In this document: piece by piece, positions 52,001-63,660 of the stretch
How the letters are laid out: each line of letters opens with the position of its first letter
Position numbering within the stretch: position 1 is the first letter of the stretch
From: Ylistrum balloti
Lineage: Eukaryota
Direction: 5' to 3'
Assembly: GCF_031769215.1 (NCBI RefSeq)
Contig: NW_026782582.1
Coordinates: 310,001 to 374,000 of the forward strand
DNA: 64,000 nt
The notes under the pieces: generated by a model
The model's database searches: none
What the model saw: the letters and a program-made list of their open reading frames with translations, nothing else
Told to the model about the DNA's origin: nothing
Made by a program: the position numbers and the translations under genes

Positions 52001-55000
52001 TATTTCTTCCTTTGTTTAGCGATTTTGATGATAATCGCTTGGATCCTGTGTACTGGGATAGGAATTGTAGCCGCTCGCTATTACAAACCAGTGTGGACCG
52101 CCACCAACGTGATGGGACAGAGAATATGGTTTCAGGTAAGACTACTGTCAGAGGATGCCAGAAATACGATAAAATAATGCAGCTGATAGCATGGTATTTT
52201 CAAACTTTAACTTCTGAACAATCAGTTGTATGACTATGTTCAAACCTAATAAACTTCTGTATGATGATGTTCTGTCCCAACGTCCCAACAAACCGCTGTG
52301 TGATGATGTTCTGTCCCAACAAACATCTATATGATGAAGATTGAGTCCCAGCAAACATCTGTATGATGATGTTTTGTCCCAACAAACCGCTGTGTGATGA
52401 TGTTCTGTCCCAACAAACATCTATATGATGATGTTTTGTCCCAACAAACATCTATATGATGATGTTTTGTCCCAACAAACCGCTGTGTGATGATGTTCTG
52501 TCCCAACAAACAGCTGTGTGATGAAGATTGAGTCCCAGCAAACATCTGTATGATGATGTTTTGTCCCAACAAACAGCTGTGTGATGATGTTCTGTCCCAA
52601 CAAACAGCTGTGTGATGATGTTCTGTCCCAACAAACAGCTGTGTGATGAAGATTGAGTCCCAGCAAACATCTGTATGATGATGTTTTGTCCCAACAAACC
52701 GCTGTGTGATGACTAACAGCTGTCTGGCATTGATTGGCATTTACTAGCATTGTATTTGCTTAATTACAATTAAAATTTCCTAACTTCATATTTTGATTTT
52801 TTAACCACTTTAATGTTTTTTGACATCAATGAATAGTTTTAAGTACACGTCGTTGATTCATGTTTGTTGTTTTTTCAAGACATGCATTGCATTTTGTAAC
52901 ATTGAACATCAGTAAATTTATAACTAGTCTTAGCAGTCATTGAGCTCTGTATTTTGGGTTTCAGATTCACAGAACATGCATGGTGACCGCCTTGGTGTTA
53001 ACACTCATCGGCTTTGTAATTATTTTCGTTGAGGCGGGAGGATATAGTCAAGTGAGCTATGTTTCTTTTATCCGGCACTTTATAAGTATATGTTGGAAAC
53101 CATTAAGTATATCCCTTATGTAGCTTCACGAAACAGATTACTTTAATACGAAAGTGATTCATTTATGTAATTTTTGCGCATATTTACACGCAGGCTGAAG
53201 TTTGATTTTCGTGTGTGTTTTTTTCGTGGGTTCTCTTTATTTTACATGAATCAACATTGAGTGTAAGTGTATTTCGCGAGCAACGTCAAGAAATCAAATT
53301 CACATGATCTGATAGTTTGGAACCTACAATAGTGTAACATTGACATCACACTTCATTATCTCAGTAACCAGAAGGGTCAAGTTACATTATCCTGTGGGGC
53401 TTCGGGCTTGGTCTTCCAATGTTTACTTTTGCGGAAAGAAATGATTTTGACCTCAATTCAATGTCACAGGGGTAACATTAAATCCATATATTCAGATTTA
53501 TCACAATCCATAGACCCTTGATATTAGGTTCCTACGATAAAGCCAGATAAAGTTAAAAAAAATAACAAGAAACAACCCCCCCCCAAAAAAAAAGAAAGAA
53601 AAGATAAAAAAAAAAAAAAAAAGAAAAAAACCGAACAAAAAACTAACAAAGTAACAAAAGATTTGACTGGAAGAGCGCGAAATCCAATAACCTTGACCAA
53701 TATTATAGGTCACATGGGTCCTTAGAATAGTGATGGTTGGTTCCAAGGATGAAGCTCAAAAAAAAAAAAGGTAAAAAATACCTTGACTTATGTTTAAAAG
53801 CAGTTTATTAAAAACGTCCAAACAGTACTAATTCATCAGAAGGAATAGAAACATGATATTTGGCTGCTAGGTTTCTTGGAGGAATGTCTATGGTGTGAAA
53901 TGATCATGTGTGTTTGTGATAGAATACCTGGTAAGCGGTGCAGGTTCATCAAGGCGCTTGTTTTAATATTAATGAGCAGCATGCTGAAAAAGACTTTCTA
54001 TAACCTTGTTGTATCGATAGAAATTGGAAAGACTGTATATAACGAAAGGTTTTTACTTACATTTAAACATTTCTTTTGTAGATTCCAAAAATAGAAGGAA
54101 AAGAATATTTACAAGCTCATCCCCCACTGGGAATAATAGTCACGATTCTAGCTATCATAAATGTGAGTATACTGTTATTTATATCTGACCTCGTGTTGAT
54201 ATGAAATCAATAAAAGTCCCATACTGATAGCAATTTCTATTTTATACTTTGAGTTCAATATCTTCATTCTTTGTCCTTTGTCCGATATCAAAGAAAAAAA
54301 TGTTTATCTGGGCCTATTTTATATATTACGGGAACTTAATATTTGGGATAAGGGTTCACCTTTGTGAGACGGTGTGTCTCGTCTCAAGAGGAGGTCACCC
54401 TGCCGGGCCAAATGAAACAGCATAGAATGAATGGTGTCACCAGATACAAATATATTGTAAAACGGCACTGCTAGTATATCTACAATAGTTTAACCCACAA
54501 TTTATCATCTATGCACGCTTGTCTTATAATTTAAGTTTGTTTGTTTAAATAATAAGTCAAACATCTCTTTCTGTTTCAAAATTGTTATCCATCAATCACA
54601 CCATTATATTAAGTATGACTGTGTCATTTGTTTGCAAATGGCAAATGGTTTCTAGTCTAAAGATAACTTTTTATCAAACCATTTATTTACACTACATTGA
54701 AACATGTGTATTTCTATAATAACAATTTCTTTTCAGCCTATCATGTCAATATTCAGACCAGGTCCAAAAGATGAAAAACGGCCAATCTTTAACTGGGCTC
54801 ACTGGTCCGTGGGTATGCTCGCCCATATCCTATCTAGTAAGTGTTATTATCATTGATATTACCGAGAGTCCCACCCATATCCTATCTAGTAAGTGTTAAT
54901 ATCATTGATATTACCGAGAGTCCCGCCCATATCCTATCTAGTAAGTGTTAATATCATTGATATTACCGAGAGTCCCGCCCATATCCTATCTAGTACCACC

Positions 55001-57669
55001 CATATCCTATCTAGTCCCACCCATATCCTATCTAGTAATTGTTAATATCATTGATATTACCGAGAGTCCCGCCCATATCCTATCTAGTAAGTGTTAATAT
55101 CATTGATATTACCGAGAGTCCCGCCCATATCCTATCTAGTCCCACCCATATCCTATCTAGTCCCGCCCATATCCTATCTAGTAAGTGTTAATATCATTGA
55201 TATTACCGAGAGTCCCGCCCATATCCTATCTAGTACCACCCATATCCTATCTAGTCCCACCCATATCCTATCTAGTAATTGTTAATATCATTGATATTAC
55301 CGAGAGTCCCGCCCATATCCTATCTAGTAAGTGTTATTATCATTGATATTACCGAGAGTCCCCCCCATATCCTATCTAGTAAGTGTTAATATCATTGATA
55401 TTACCGAGAGTCCCACCCATATCCTATCTAGTAAGTGTTAATATCATTGATATTACCGAGAGTCCCGCCCATATCCTATCTAGTAAGTGTTAATATCATT
55501 GATATTACCGAGAGTCCCGCCCATATCCTATCTAGTCCCACCCATATCCTATCTAGTAAGTGTTAATATCATTGATATTACCGAGAGTCCCACCCATATC
55601 CTATCTAGTAAGTGTTAATATCATTGATATTACCGAGAGTCACGCCCATATCCTATCTAGTCCCACCCATATCCTATTTAGTAAGTGTTTATATCATTGA
55701 TATTACCGAGAGTCCCACCCATATCCTATTTAGTAAGTGTTAATATCATTGATATTACCGAGAGTCCCCCCCATATCCTATCTAGTAAGTGTTAATATCA
55801 TTGATATTACCGAGAGTCCCGCCCATATCCTATCTAGTCCCACCCATATCCTATCTAGTAAGTGTTAATATCATTGATATTACCGAGAGTCCCACCCATA
55901 TCCTATCTAGTCCCACCCATATCCTATCTAGTAAGTGTTAATATCATTGATATTACCGAGAGTCCCACCCATATCCTATCTAGTCCCACCCATATCCTAT
56001 CTAGTAAGTGTTAATATCATTGATATTACCGAGAGTCCCACCCATATCCTATCTAGTCCCACCCATATCCTATCTAGTAAGTGTTAATATCATTGATATT
56101 ACCGAGAGTCCCACCCATATCCTATTTAGTAAGTGTTAATATCATTGATATTACCGAGAGTCCCACCCATATCCTATTTAGTAAGTGTTAATATCATTGA
56201 TATTACCGAGAGTCCCACCCATATCCTATTTAGTAAGTGTTAATATCATTGATATTACCGAGAGTCCCGCCCATATCCTATCTAGTAAGTGTTAAGTAAT
56301 ATCGATTATTGTAAGAGTAAAAAGTACGCAGATAATTATCTTTTTTTTTCGACTACCGGTAAGAGATTTCAATCTCATTTTCATTCTCTTTGTTAAAACA
56401 TGTGCTTCTATTGTTTCGATACGGTCATGATACTGCCGAACTATTGTTAGAGAAGAGCTGCAGTATTAAAAACGTTAATTAGTGGGACCATCGTTATATT
56501 GAATTTACCTTACAGTTATAGCGATATGTTTTGGGATGGAGATGAAGAAGTCGACAGCTCCATCGTATTCCGTGTGGGTCGTAGTCGGATACGTGATATA
56601 TCACGTGATTATGGAGATTACACTGAAGTCGTTTGATCTCTACCTGAACAGATCAGACCCTGGTAAGTTCACTGATGATTCCCAGTCTTCATCATTTGTT
56701 TTAACTGGAAAATATCCTGAAACAATCCCACCACTGACATACTGTTTTTGATAAATGATCTTGCTGCATGTCATGGTTAATATGTGTTCGGACTAGTGAT
56801 ATTGAATGTCATCGTTTTCGCTTGCCCCCTCCACCGTTTGATCAACGGAAAGACAATATAACATAACCTGGTCTGATTTTGTCTTCTTTAAATTGATTTA
56901 TTGACAAATTTGTAAACACTAGGTCGTATTGATGCTCTGGGAATGACAAACACTGGAGTTTCAGCACAGAACGGAAACCACTTCAAAGCGCCTCCTGCGT
57001 ACACTGAAAGGGATACAGTTAAACCCCCTAAGGTATGTATATATAAAGAGAGAGAGGGGGGGAGAGAGAGAGTGGTGGGGAAAGAGGGGAAAGAGAGAGA
57101 GAGAGAGGTGGTGTGTGTATTGTGTGAGGGAGGGTGTGTGGGGGAGTGTATGTAGTGTGTGTGTGTGCGTGTGGGTGTGGGTGTGTAGGTGGTGGTGGTG
57201 GTGTGTGTGGGTGTTATGTGTGTGGTTAGTGTGTGTGTATGTGTGTGGTGGTGGTGGCGTGTGTGTGTGTGTAGTGAGTGTGTGGGGGGTGGGTGGGTGT
57301 GNNNNNNNNNNNNNNNNNNNNNNNNNNNNNNNNNNNNNNNNNNNNNNNNNNNNNNNNNNNNNNNNNNNNNNNNNNNNNNNNNNNNNNNNNNNNNNNNNNN
57401 NNNNNNNNNNNNNNNNNNNNNNNNNNNNNNNNNNNNNNNNNNNNNNNNNNNNNNNNNNNNNNNNNNNNNNNNNNNNNNNNNNNNNNNNNNNNNNNNNNNN
57501 NNNNNNNNNNNNNNNNNNNNTATATATAAATAATATACACTGCTTATAAATCTTTTTTATAATATCTTTTCAGGACAGCACAGTGAAAAAAATACTTCTG
57601 ATTTTCCACATGGCCATTGCGACAGCTTTTACCGTCACTTTGGTCCTCCTGGTTGCTCTCTACGACTGA
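43049..57669 (+). CDS. FRRS1: Putative ferric-chelate reductase 1 (SDR2-like: signal peptide, Reeler, Thr/Pro linker, DOMON, cytochrome b561, C-terminal TM); apparently missing the exons for the C-terminal half of DOMON
   Basis: Plus-strand exons: 43049-43232 (MWWVVLLSAKVGMVWSYSMGAPSTTCSTMFPVH..., Reeler), 44357-44481 (LRGYQIQARD), 46602-46696 (ALTHSNARNKQGVSFTWQAP), 48039-48282 (ATVVQTYNVFW plus T/P linker) and 48740-48946 (CGTSKGCF...WIAIAFSNDVKM, DOMON start). The b561 exons are 52020-52135 (ILMIIAWILCTGIGIVAARYYKPVW...IWFQ), 52965-53051 (IHRTCM), 54082-54162 (AHPPLG), 54737-54836 (RPIFNWAHWSVG), 56516-56662, 56923-57032 and 57574-57669 (stop). All junctions are GT-AG and in phase except 48946 (phase 0) to 52020 (phase 1). 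Confidence 0.88.
44885..45657. repeat. 60-bp minisatellite, about 13 copies, in an FRRS1 intron
   Basis: Unit ctgtttttcttctttttgaatcgtgcattgagcattctagtcaagtcctatgttacaacc. It is the source of the spurious ORFs at 44779-45802. Confidence 0.95.
46357..46548. repeat. 16-17 bp short tandem repeat, about 11 copies
   Basis: Unit aacccataacaataac, ending about 55 nt before the 46602 exon. Confidence 0.88.
49657..50629. repeat. About 125-bp tandem repeat, about 7-8 copies with partial units, in the interval where the DOMON exons are missing
   Basis: Unit gatgatggtgtagatgcctgagccaacctgtacttgcaatgtgctggtgtttcaaaactattagcacttgcctgtgctggtaggtaaggcattaattttcagcaatatatgttatatgtgaaatagaat. Confidence 0.92.
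52228..52712. repeat. 33-bp minisatellite, about 14 copies
   Basis: Unit tgtatgatgatgttctgtcccaacaaacagctg. It is the source of the overlapping minus-strand ORFs at 52148-52750. Confidence 0.92.
54822..56293. repeat. 52-bp (plus 21-bp subunit) minisatellite, roughly two dozen copies, containing the FRRS1 exon 54737-54836 3' end and splice donor
   Basis: Unit cccatatcctatcta|gtaagtgttaatatcattgatattaccgagagtcccg. The first 15 nt are the last 15 nt of the exon. Confidence 0.95.
57043..57301. repeat. (GA)n/(GT)n low-complexity tract leading into the assembly gap
   Basis: gagagagagggg...gtgtgtgtg directly after the 57032 donor. Confidence 0.85.
57302..57520. other. Assembly gap (219 N) in the last FRRS1 intron
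   Basis: A run of n. The flanking exons (end 57032 phase 0, start 57574 phase 0) join in frame, so no coding exon needs to be hidden in it. Confidence 0.98.
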
Positions 57670-57791
57670 TGAGAAACCTTTACTTATCTAAGTGTCAAAA
57701 TTCAATAAGAAAGGAACGAATGAAAGAACCAGGATATGTATTGTAGACAATAGTGTAGTTACTGCAGCATTATGCTTACATTTTTAAACTT

Positions 57792-58400
57792 AAATCTGGG
57801 GCTAGACCAGCTCCCATTAAATCTGGGGCTAAGACAGCTCCTATTAAATCTGGGTCGATCTAGACCAGCTCCCATTAAATCTGGGGCTAGGACAGCTCCA
57901 ATTAAATCTGTGGCTAAGACAGCTCCCATTAAATCTGGGGCGATCTAGACCAACTTTCATGAAATCTGGGGCTAGATCTAATCCATTAAATCTGGGGCTA
58001 GACCAGCTCCTATTAAATCTGGGGCTAGGACAGCTCCTATTAAATCTGGGGCTAGACCAGCTCCCATTAAATCTGGGGCTAGGACAGCTCCCATTAAATC
58101 TGGGGCTAGACCAGCTCCCATTAAATCTGGGGCTAAGACAGCTCCTATTAAATCTGGGTCGATCTAGACCAGCTCCCATTAAATCTGGGGCTAGACCAGC
58201 TCCCATTAAATCTGGGGCTAGGACAGCTCCCATTAAATCTGGGGCTAGGACAGCTCCCATTAAATCTGGGGCTAGATCTAATCCATTAAATCTGGAGTTA
58301 GGGCAGCTCCCATCAAATGTGGGGTTAGACCAGTCCAGTTAAATCTGGGACTAAACTAAATCCAATAAATCTGGGGCTAGACCAGCTCCTATTAAATGTT
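57792..58400. repeat. About 27-bp minisatellite, about 22 copies, just 3' of the FRRS1 stop
   Basis: Unit attaaatctggggctaggacagctccc. Confidence 0.92.
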
Positions 58401-58907
58401 ACCTTAAGATGTACAAAACCAGTGAACCACCGTATTTACCAAGTCATAGCAATGCATGTGAAGTTAAATATGCAGAAAGGAAGCTCATTTTGCCATTAAA
58501 TCTGGAGTTAGGGCAGTCTTTTTATACAATTTATAATGATAATACCATGTAAGTGCTTTTGTTTTTAAGATTTAACTATTTTTCATTTTGTGATCTGCAA
58601 ACATTTGAAATGACATAACATTCCAGTTTCGAAAAGGCTAGACCAGCTCCTATTAAATGTTACCTTAAGATGTACAAAACCAGTGAACCACCGTATTTAC
58701 CAAGTCATAGCAATGCATGTGAAGTTAAATATGCAGAAAGGAAGCTCATTTTGCCATACTGATACAAGGCTGGGCCGGTCATCGTCTTTTTATACAATTT
58801 ATAATGATAATACCATGTAAGTGCTTTTGTTTTTAAGATTTAACTATTTTTCATTTTGTGATCTGCAAACATTTGAAATGACATGAACATTCCAGTTTCG
58901 AAAAGGT
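58375..58907. repeat. About 260-bp direct tandem duplication with a swapped central segment
   Basis: 58375-58496 matches 58637-58757, and 58517-58638 matches 58784-58907. The middles differ. Confidence 0.85.
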
Positions 58908-58949
58908 GTTTGGCATATTCTCCAAATATTTCACTTACCTCACATATCC

Positions 58950-59935
58950 CCTTCCTTGACATATCCGCTTCACTCCACATACCCCCCTTACTTCAGATAC
59001 CCCCCTTACTTCACATACCCCCCTTACTTCAGGTATCCCTCTTACTTCACATACCCTCCTTACTTCAGATATCCCCCTTACTTCACATACCCCCCTTACT
59101 TCAGATATCCCCCTTACTTCACATACCCCCCTTACTTCAGATATCCCCCTTACTTCACATACCCCCTTACTTCAGATACCCCCTTATTTCACATACCCCC
59201 CTTACTTCAGATATCCCCCTTACTTCACATACCCCCCTTACTTCAGTCATCTCCCTTATTTGACATATTTCCCTTCACATATCCCCTTACTTCTCATATT
59301 TTTCTAACTTGAAATACCCCTCTTACTCCACATATTTCCTTATTTGACATACCCACCCCCTTATTTGACATACCCCTCCCCCCTCTTATTTGACATGCCT
59401 CCCTCACTTCAAATATTCTTCTGACTTGACATACCCTCCTTACGTCACATACCCCCTCACTTCTAATATCACTTTGCTTGATATATCCCCCTTATTTAAC
59501 ATATCCCCCTTATTTAACATACCCCCCTTATTTTACATATCCCCCTTATTTGTTATATCCCCCTTATTTGACATATCCCCCTTATTTAACATATCCCTCT
59601 TATTTGACATACCCCCCTTATTTGACATACCCCTCTTATTTGACATACCCCCCTTATTTGACATATCCCCCTTATTTAACATATCCCCCTTATTTGACAT
59701 ACCCCCTTATTTAACATATCCCTCTTATTTGACATACCCCCTTATTTAACATATCCCCCTTATTTAACATATCCCCCTTATTTGACATACCCCCTTATTT
59801 AACATATCCCTCTTATTTGACATACCCCCTTATTTAACATATCCCCTTTATTTGAAATATTTCCCTCACTCCTCATATCCTTCTAATTTCACATATCCCC
59901 CTAATTTGACATATCCCCCTAATTTGACATATCCT
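58950..59935. repeat. Two adjacent C-rich arrays (about 21-bp acatacccccttacttcag type and 18-bp gacatatcccccttattt type)
   Basis: Seen directly. They are the source of the YPPY/IPPL pseudo-ORFs. Confidence 0.9.
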
Positions 59936-60751
59936 GCTTTTATGATTTCTCTCATGCAACCTTTCAAACACACATCACCAGAACAAAACTTAAAAATGTT
60001 TGACCGTCAGACCAAATATTTTTTACGAGTGAATAAGTTATTTTCGAGGTTAGTTGCATCTAACCAACACAGTATGTTTGGTATGTATTTAGATTTTTTG
60101 TTATTGTAAAATGATTTATGTAACGCTTGTGATTGTTGTGATATTTTCTATAAGCCAAATCAGTTAATACAGATGTAACTCTGGATATATACAAATGTTC
60201 ACTTAATAAATTATTCAAAGATCAATGCTATTGTATACAGTTAAGTCTCAGTATTTGTTCTCTTAATGCTCATATTTAACGTATTTGTTAATTGAATGCT
60301 ACTGTTATAACTATTGGTGTATATTTGGGCTTGTAATTGTTTGTTAATTATGGCGGAAGATATGTTTTAATTGCTACATGTCTCCATTGATACAAATACA
60401 CATTAATAGAGAGCTTTACTAAGCGTGTTAATTTGTAGTCAGAGATGTGGTGCATATCAAAAATTGTCTTCAAAAAGGAAATTTATTCGCACTCATTTGA
60501 AACTTATTCCACGATTACTTACTAAAAAGAATAGCAAGGATATTTATATGACACAAAACTTCGAGGGACAAATGGTTTTATGTTTGTAGGAAAAGCTAAT
60601 GTTATGTTGGTGCGATAGTAATGCATATATCAGCCATGATTTGCTTAAACATAGCACTAGGTCTTTCGTAGAAAACTTAAGTTTGGTGATAGACCTATAA
60701 AAACTGTTGTGTTTGTCAGTAATAAATACTTAGTTGTAAATCTTGTTTTAG

Positions 60752-61300
60752 TGTTGTCAGTAATATATACATTATTTTACATGTTGTTTACATGTTGTCA
60801 GTAATATATATACATTGTTGTACATGTTGTTTACATGTTGTCAGTAATATATACATTGTTGTACATGTTGTTTACATGTTGTCAGTAATATATACATTGT
60901 TGTACATGTTGTTTACATGTTGTCAGTAATATATACATTATTGTACATGTTGTTTACATGTTGTCAGTAATATATATACATTGTTGTACATGTTGTTTAC
61001 ATGTTGTCAGTAATATATACATTATTGTACATGTTGTTTACATGTTGTCAGTAATATATACATTATTGTACATGTTGTTTACATGTTGTCAGTAATATAT
61101 ACATTATTGTACATGTTGTTTACGTGTTGTCAGTAATATATACATTATTGTACATGTTGTTTACGTGTTGTCAGTAACATATATACATTATTGTACATGT
61201 TGTTTACATGTTGTCAGTAACATATACATTATTGTACATCATCTTGTTTACGTGTTGTCATTAATATATAGATTAGTGTAAATATTGTTTACGTGTTGTC
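60752..61300. repeat. 41-bp minisatellite, about 13 copies
   Basis: Unit gttgtcagtaatatatacattattgtacatgttgtttacat. Confidence 0.93.
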
Positions 61301-62819
61301 AGTAATAAATTAGATTGATTAAAACAACACAATATATCAATGCCTTTTTTTTCTTTGCTGAAACCTGAGATTGATTTCCCAATATTTTGGTGAATATCAT
61401 GACGTAATGGTGCTACAGTTACAACAAACACTATGACGTAAACATGTGAGAGATTTTTTTACCTGCGACTTTCGCTGCCATTGTCGAAATAAACCTGTCA
61501 TATAAACTGTTGCAGTGTTTTAGCACGTGCATTAATTCGGCAGATTTATTTTATAATTTATTGAAAAGAAACGATTTTGTTTGTTGAAACAAACAGGATT
61601 GTTTACGAAAATTAAAAAAACTGCGTTTACTATCCAATTAAATGAGGAGCTGTATTTGCGCACAGAGCAATTATTTTGACGTGCACCATTCAGCGCAATG
61701 TCAACATCAGATTACATTGGTCTAGCAAATTGTTGAAGTTTCGGTGGTCTGAATTCTCAATTAGAGAAACAGGATAAATAGAATAATAAGTGCTTTAAAA
61801 GGTAAGCTGAAACTGAGGATAGAAAGACAAAGTGACTCGCCAAAGACTCGTTCCTTTTCTGTTCTGTCACCGTTGCCAAAATGCATTTGATGTTTTCAGA
61901 CACTGATATATATGTGAAATTTAAACCTTATATATACTAACAGTCGATCTATTGAAAATAAACTGTTCATAAGCATTGTAGTTGAATTCTGGTCTTAAGT
62001 TGTACCAATATTTCAGGTCATTTCTTTCTTCCTTTATCGTTTGTTTGGTTTTCCCCTTTTCAGCTGAGAGGTCTTAATATGTTGGTTTGGATGATCAATA
62101 CTCCTGTTTTCAAGCTATTTCAGAAATATTCTTTTCACAATTAGCATTGCTGATGGGTCTCTCATGAAACATCCCGAATGAAATTAGGCATTATTCCTTA
62201 GTTTATGTCTCAATTATTTTGAAACTTGAAACATTTCTTAATTAATGTTCGTTTGATAGAATAAGATGTAAACTTACCATGAATTTCTAAATAAGGCAGA
62301 CTTAAACTCCCTTGATCCCTTTATTGAGCGTTGTTTTAATTCTCACATCGTGTCTTTCCAATAAGTTCATTGATAAATATTCCCGTGCCTTTCTGCAAAA
62401 GTCAACGAAATGAATTATTATACATGATACTGCTCTTACGCGATTGAAAAAAGATGATTTTTGACTCATTTCCATGCCATTTCAGAAAACGTTAAGTAAC
62501 AATAGACCTACAGAAAAAATGTAAAATTGTTGACATACATGTTTTTGAAATGGCAGTCCCCATGACTGCCTAATACACATGCCTATACTTTCATGTGTTA
62601 CAACTGACGACAACACATTGATATACGGCGACTACGACTTCCGGACACACTGTACATAGTGGATAGCACGTGACCACGTCATACAACACCACAATGTCTT
62701 TGTCCCATACCGGTTTCCATAATTATATATCACAAACAATTGTATGTGGATTTACATGTTACATTAAGATCTCGCTGAGCAATATGGGCTTCCAGTGGCC
62801 ATACATCGGAATAGTTCTC

Positions 62820-63176
62820 AATGACCAATCAAAAGCTACAACACAGTGCTAAGGTCCAATGACCAATCAAAAGCTACAACACATTGCTGAGGTCCAATGA
62901 CAAATCAAAAGCTACAACACATTGCTAAGGTCCAATGACAAATCAAAAGCTACAACACATTGCTAAGGTCCAATGACAAATCAAAAGCTACAACACATTG
63001 CTAAGGTCCAATGACCAATCAAAAGCTACAACACATTGTTAAGGTCCAATGACCAATCAAAAGCTACAACACATTGCTAAGGTCCAATGACAAATCAAAA
63101 GCTACAACACATTGCTGAGGTCCAATGACAAATCAAAAGCTACAACACATTGCTAAGGTCCAATGACAAATCAAAA
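62820..63176. repeat. 38-bp minisatellite, about 9 copies
   Basis: Unit ggtccaatgac(a/c)aatcaaaagctacaacacattgctaa. Confidence 0.92.
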
Positions 63177-63660
63177 TGTAGCACAACTTTATTGTGACTT
63201 GTTTACACTTGGTTTTATCAATTTTTGAGTCCCCCGAACGAAGTGTGAGACTTTTTATTTTTACTGCCCAGTTTCTTCTTCCTCTTACAAACTAGCCGTT
63301 AATAAGCTTTTATATTTCAGTGTATTTTAAATGTAGCTGTGTGTAAGGTATGCTATTTATGGCCCCGAATGGAAAGTTCCAAGGCATGTTGTTTTTGTGC
63401 TGTCTGTTGTCAACTTTAACTTTGGCCATAATTGTCGCACTGTAAGAGGTAAGGCGTTGGCACAATGAAGACATAAGTGTTTCATAAAGAGTTTATTCAA
63501 TTAGCACATGCCTTACACGGTACATGTTTAATGTCCCACTTCTAAATTGTGGTGCAACCAAGGGAAAAGTGTTTCATAAACACATCCTGGTTTTTTTTAT
63601 TCAAGTTCCCAAGACATGGCCTCAGGGTTCGGTGACACATACAACTGCGATTATGGTGAA

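Noticed and set aside
52148-52750. Cluster of minus-strand ORFs (HHHTAVCWD repeats)
   Set aside because: 33-bp minisatellite translations inside an FRRS1 intron.
57115-57549. ORFs containing X runs
   Set aside because: Artefacts of the GT microsatellite and the N gap.
57844-58342. ORFs on both strands after the FRRS1 stop
   Set aside because: 27-bp repeat translations.
58883-59749. Extensin- or shell-protein-like YPPY / IPPL ORFs
   Set aside because: Two frames of the same C-rich arrays are open, and there is no signal peptide, ATG context or splice structure.
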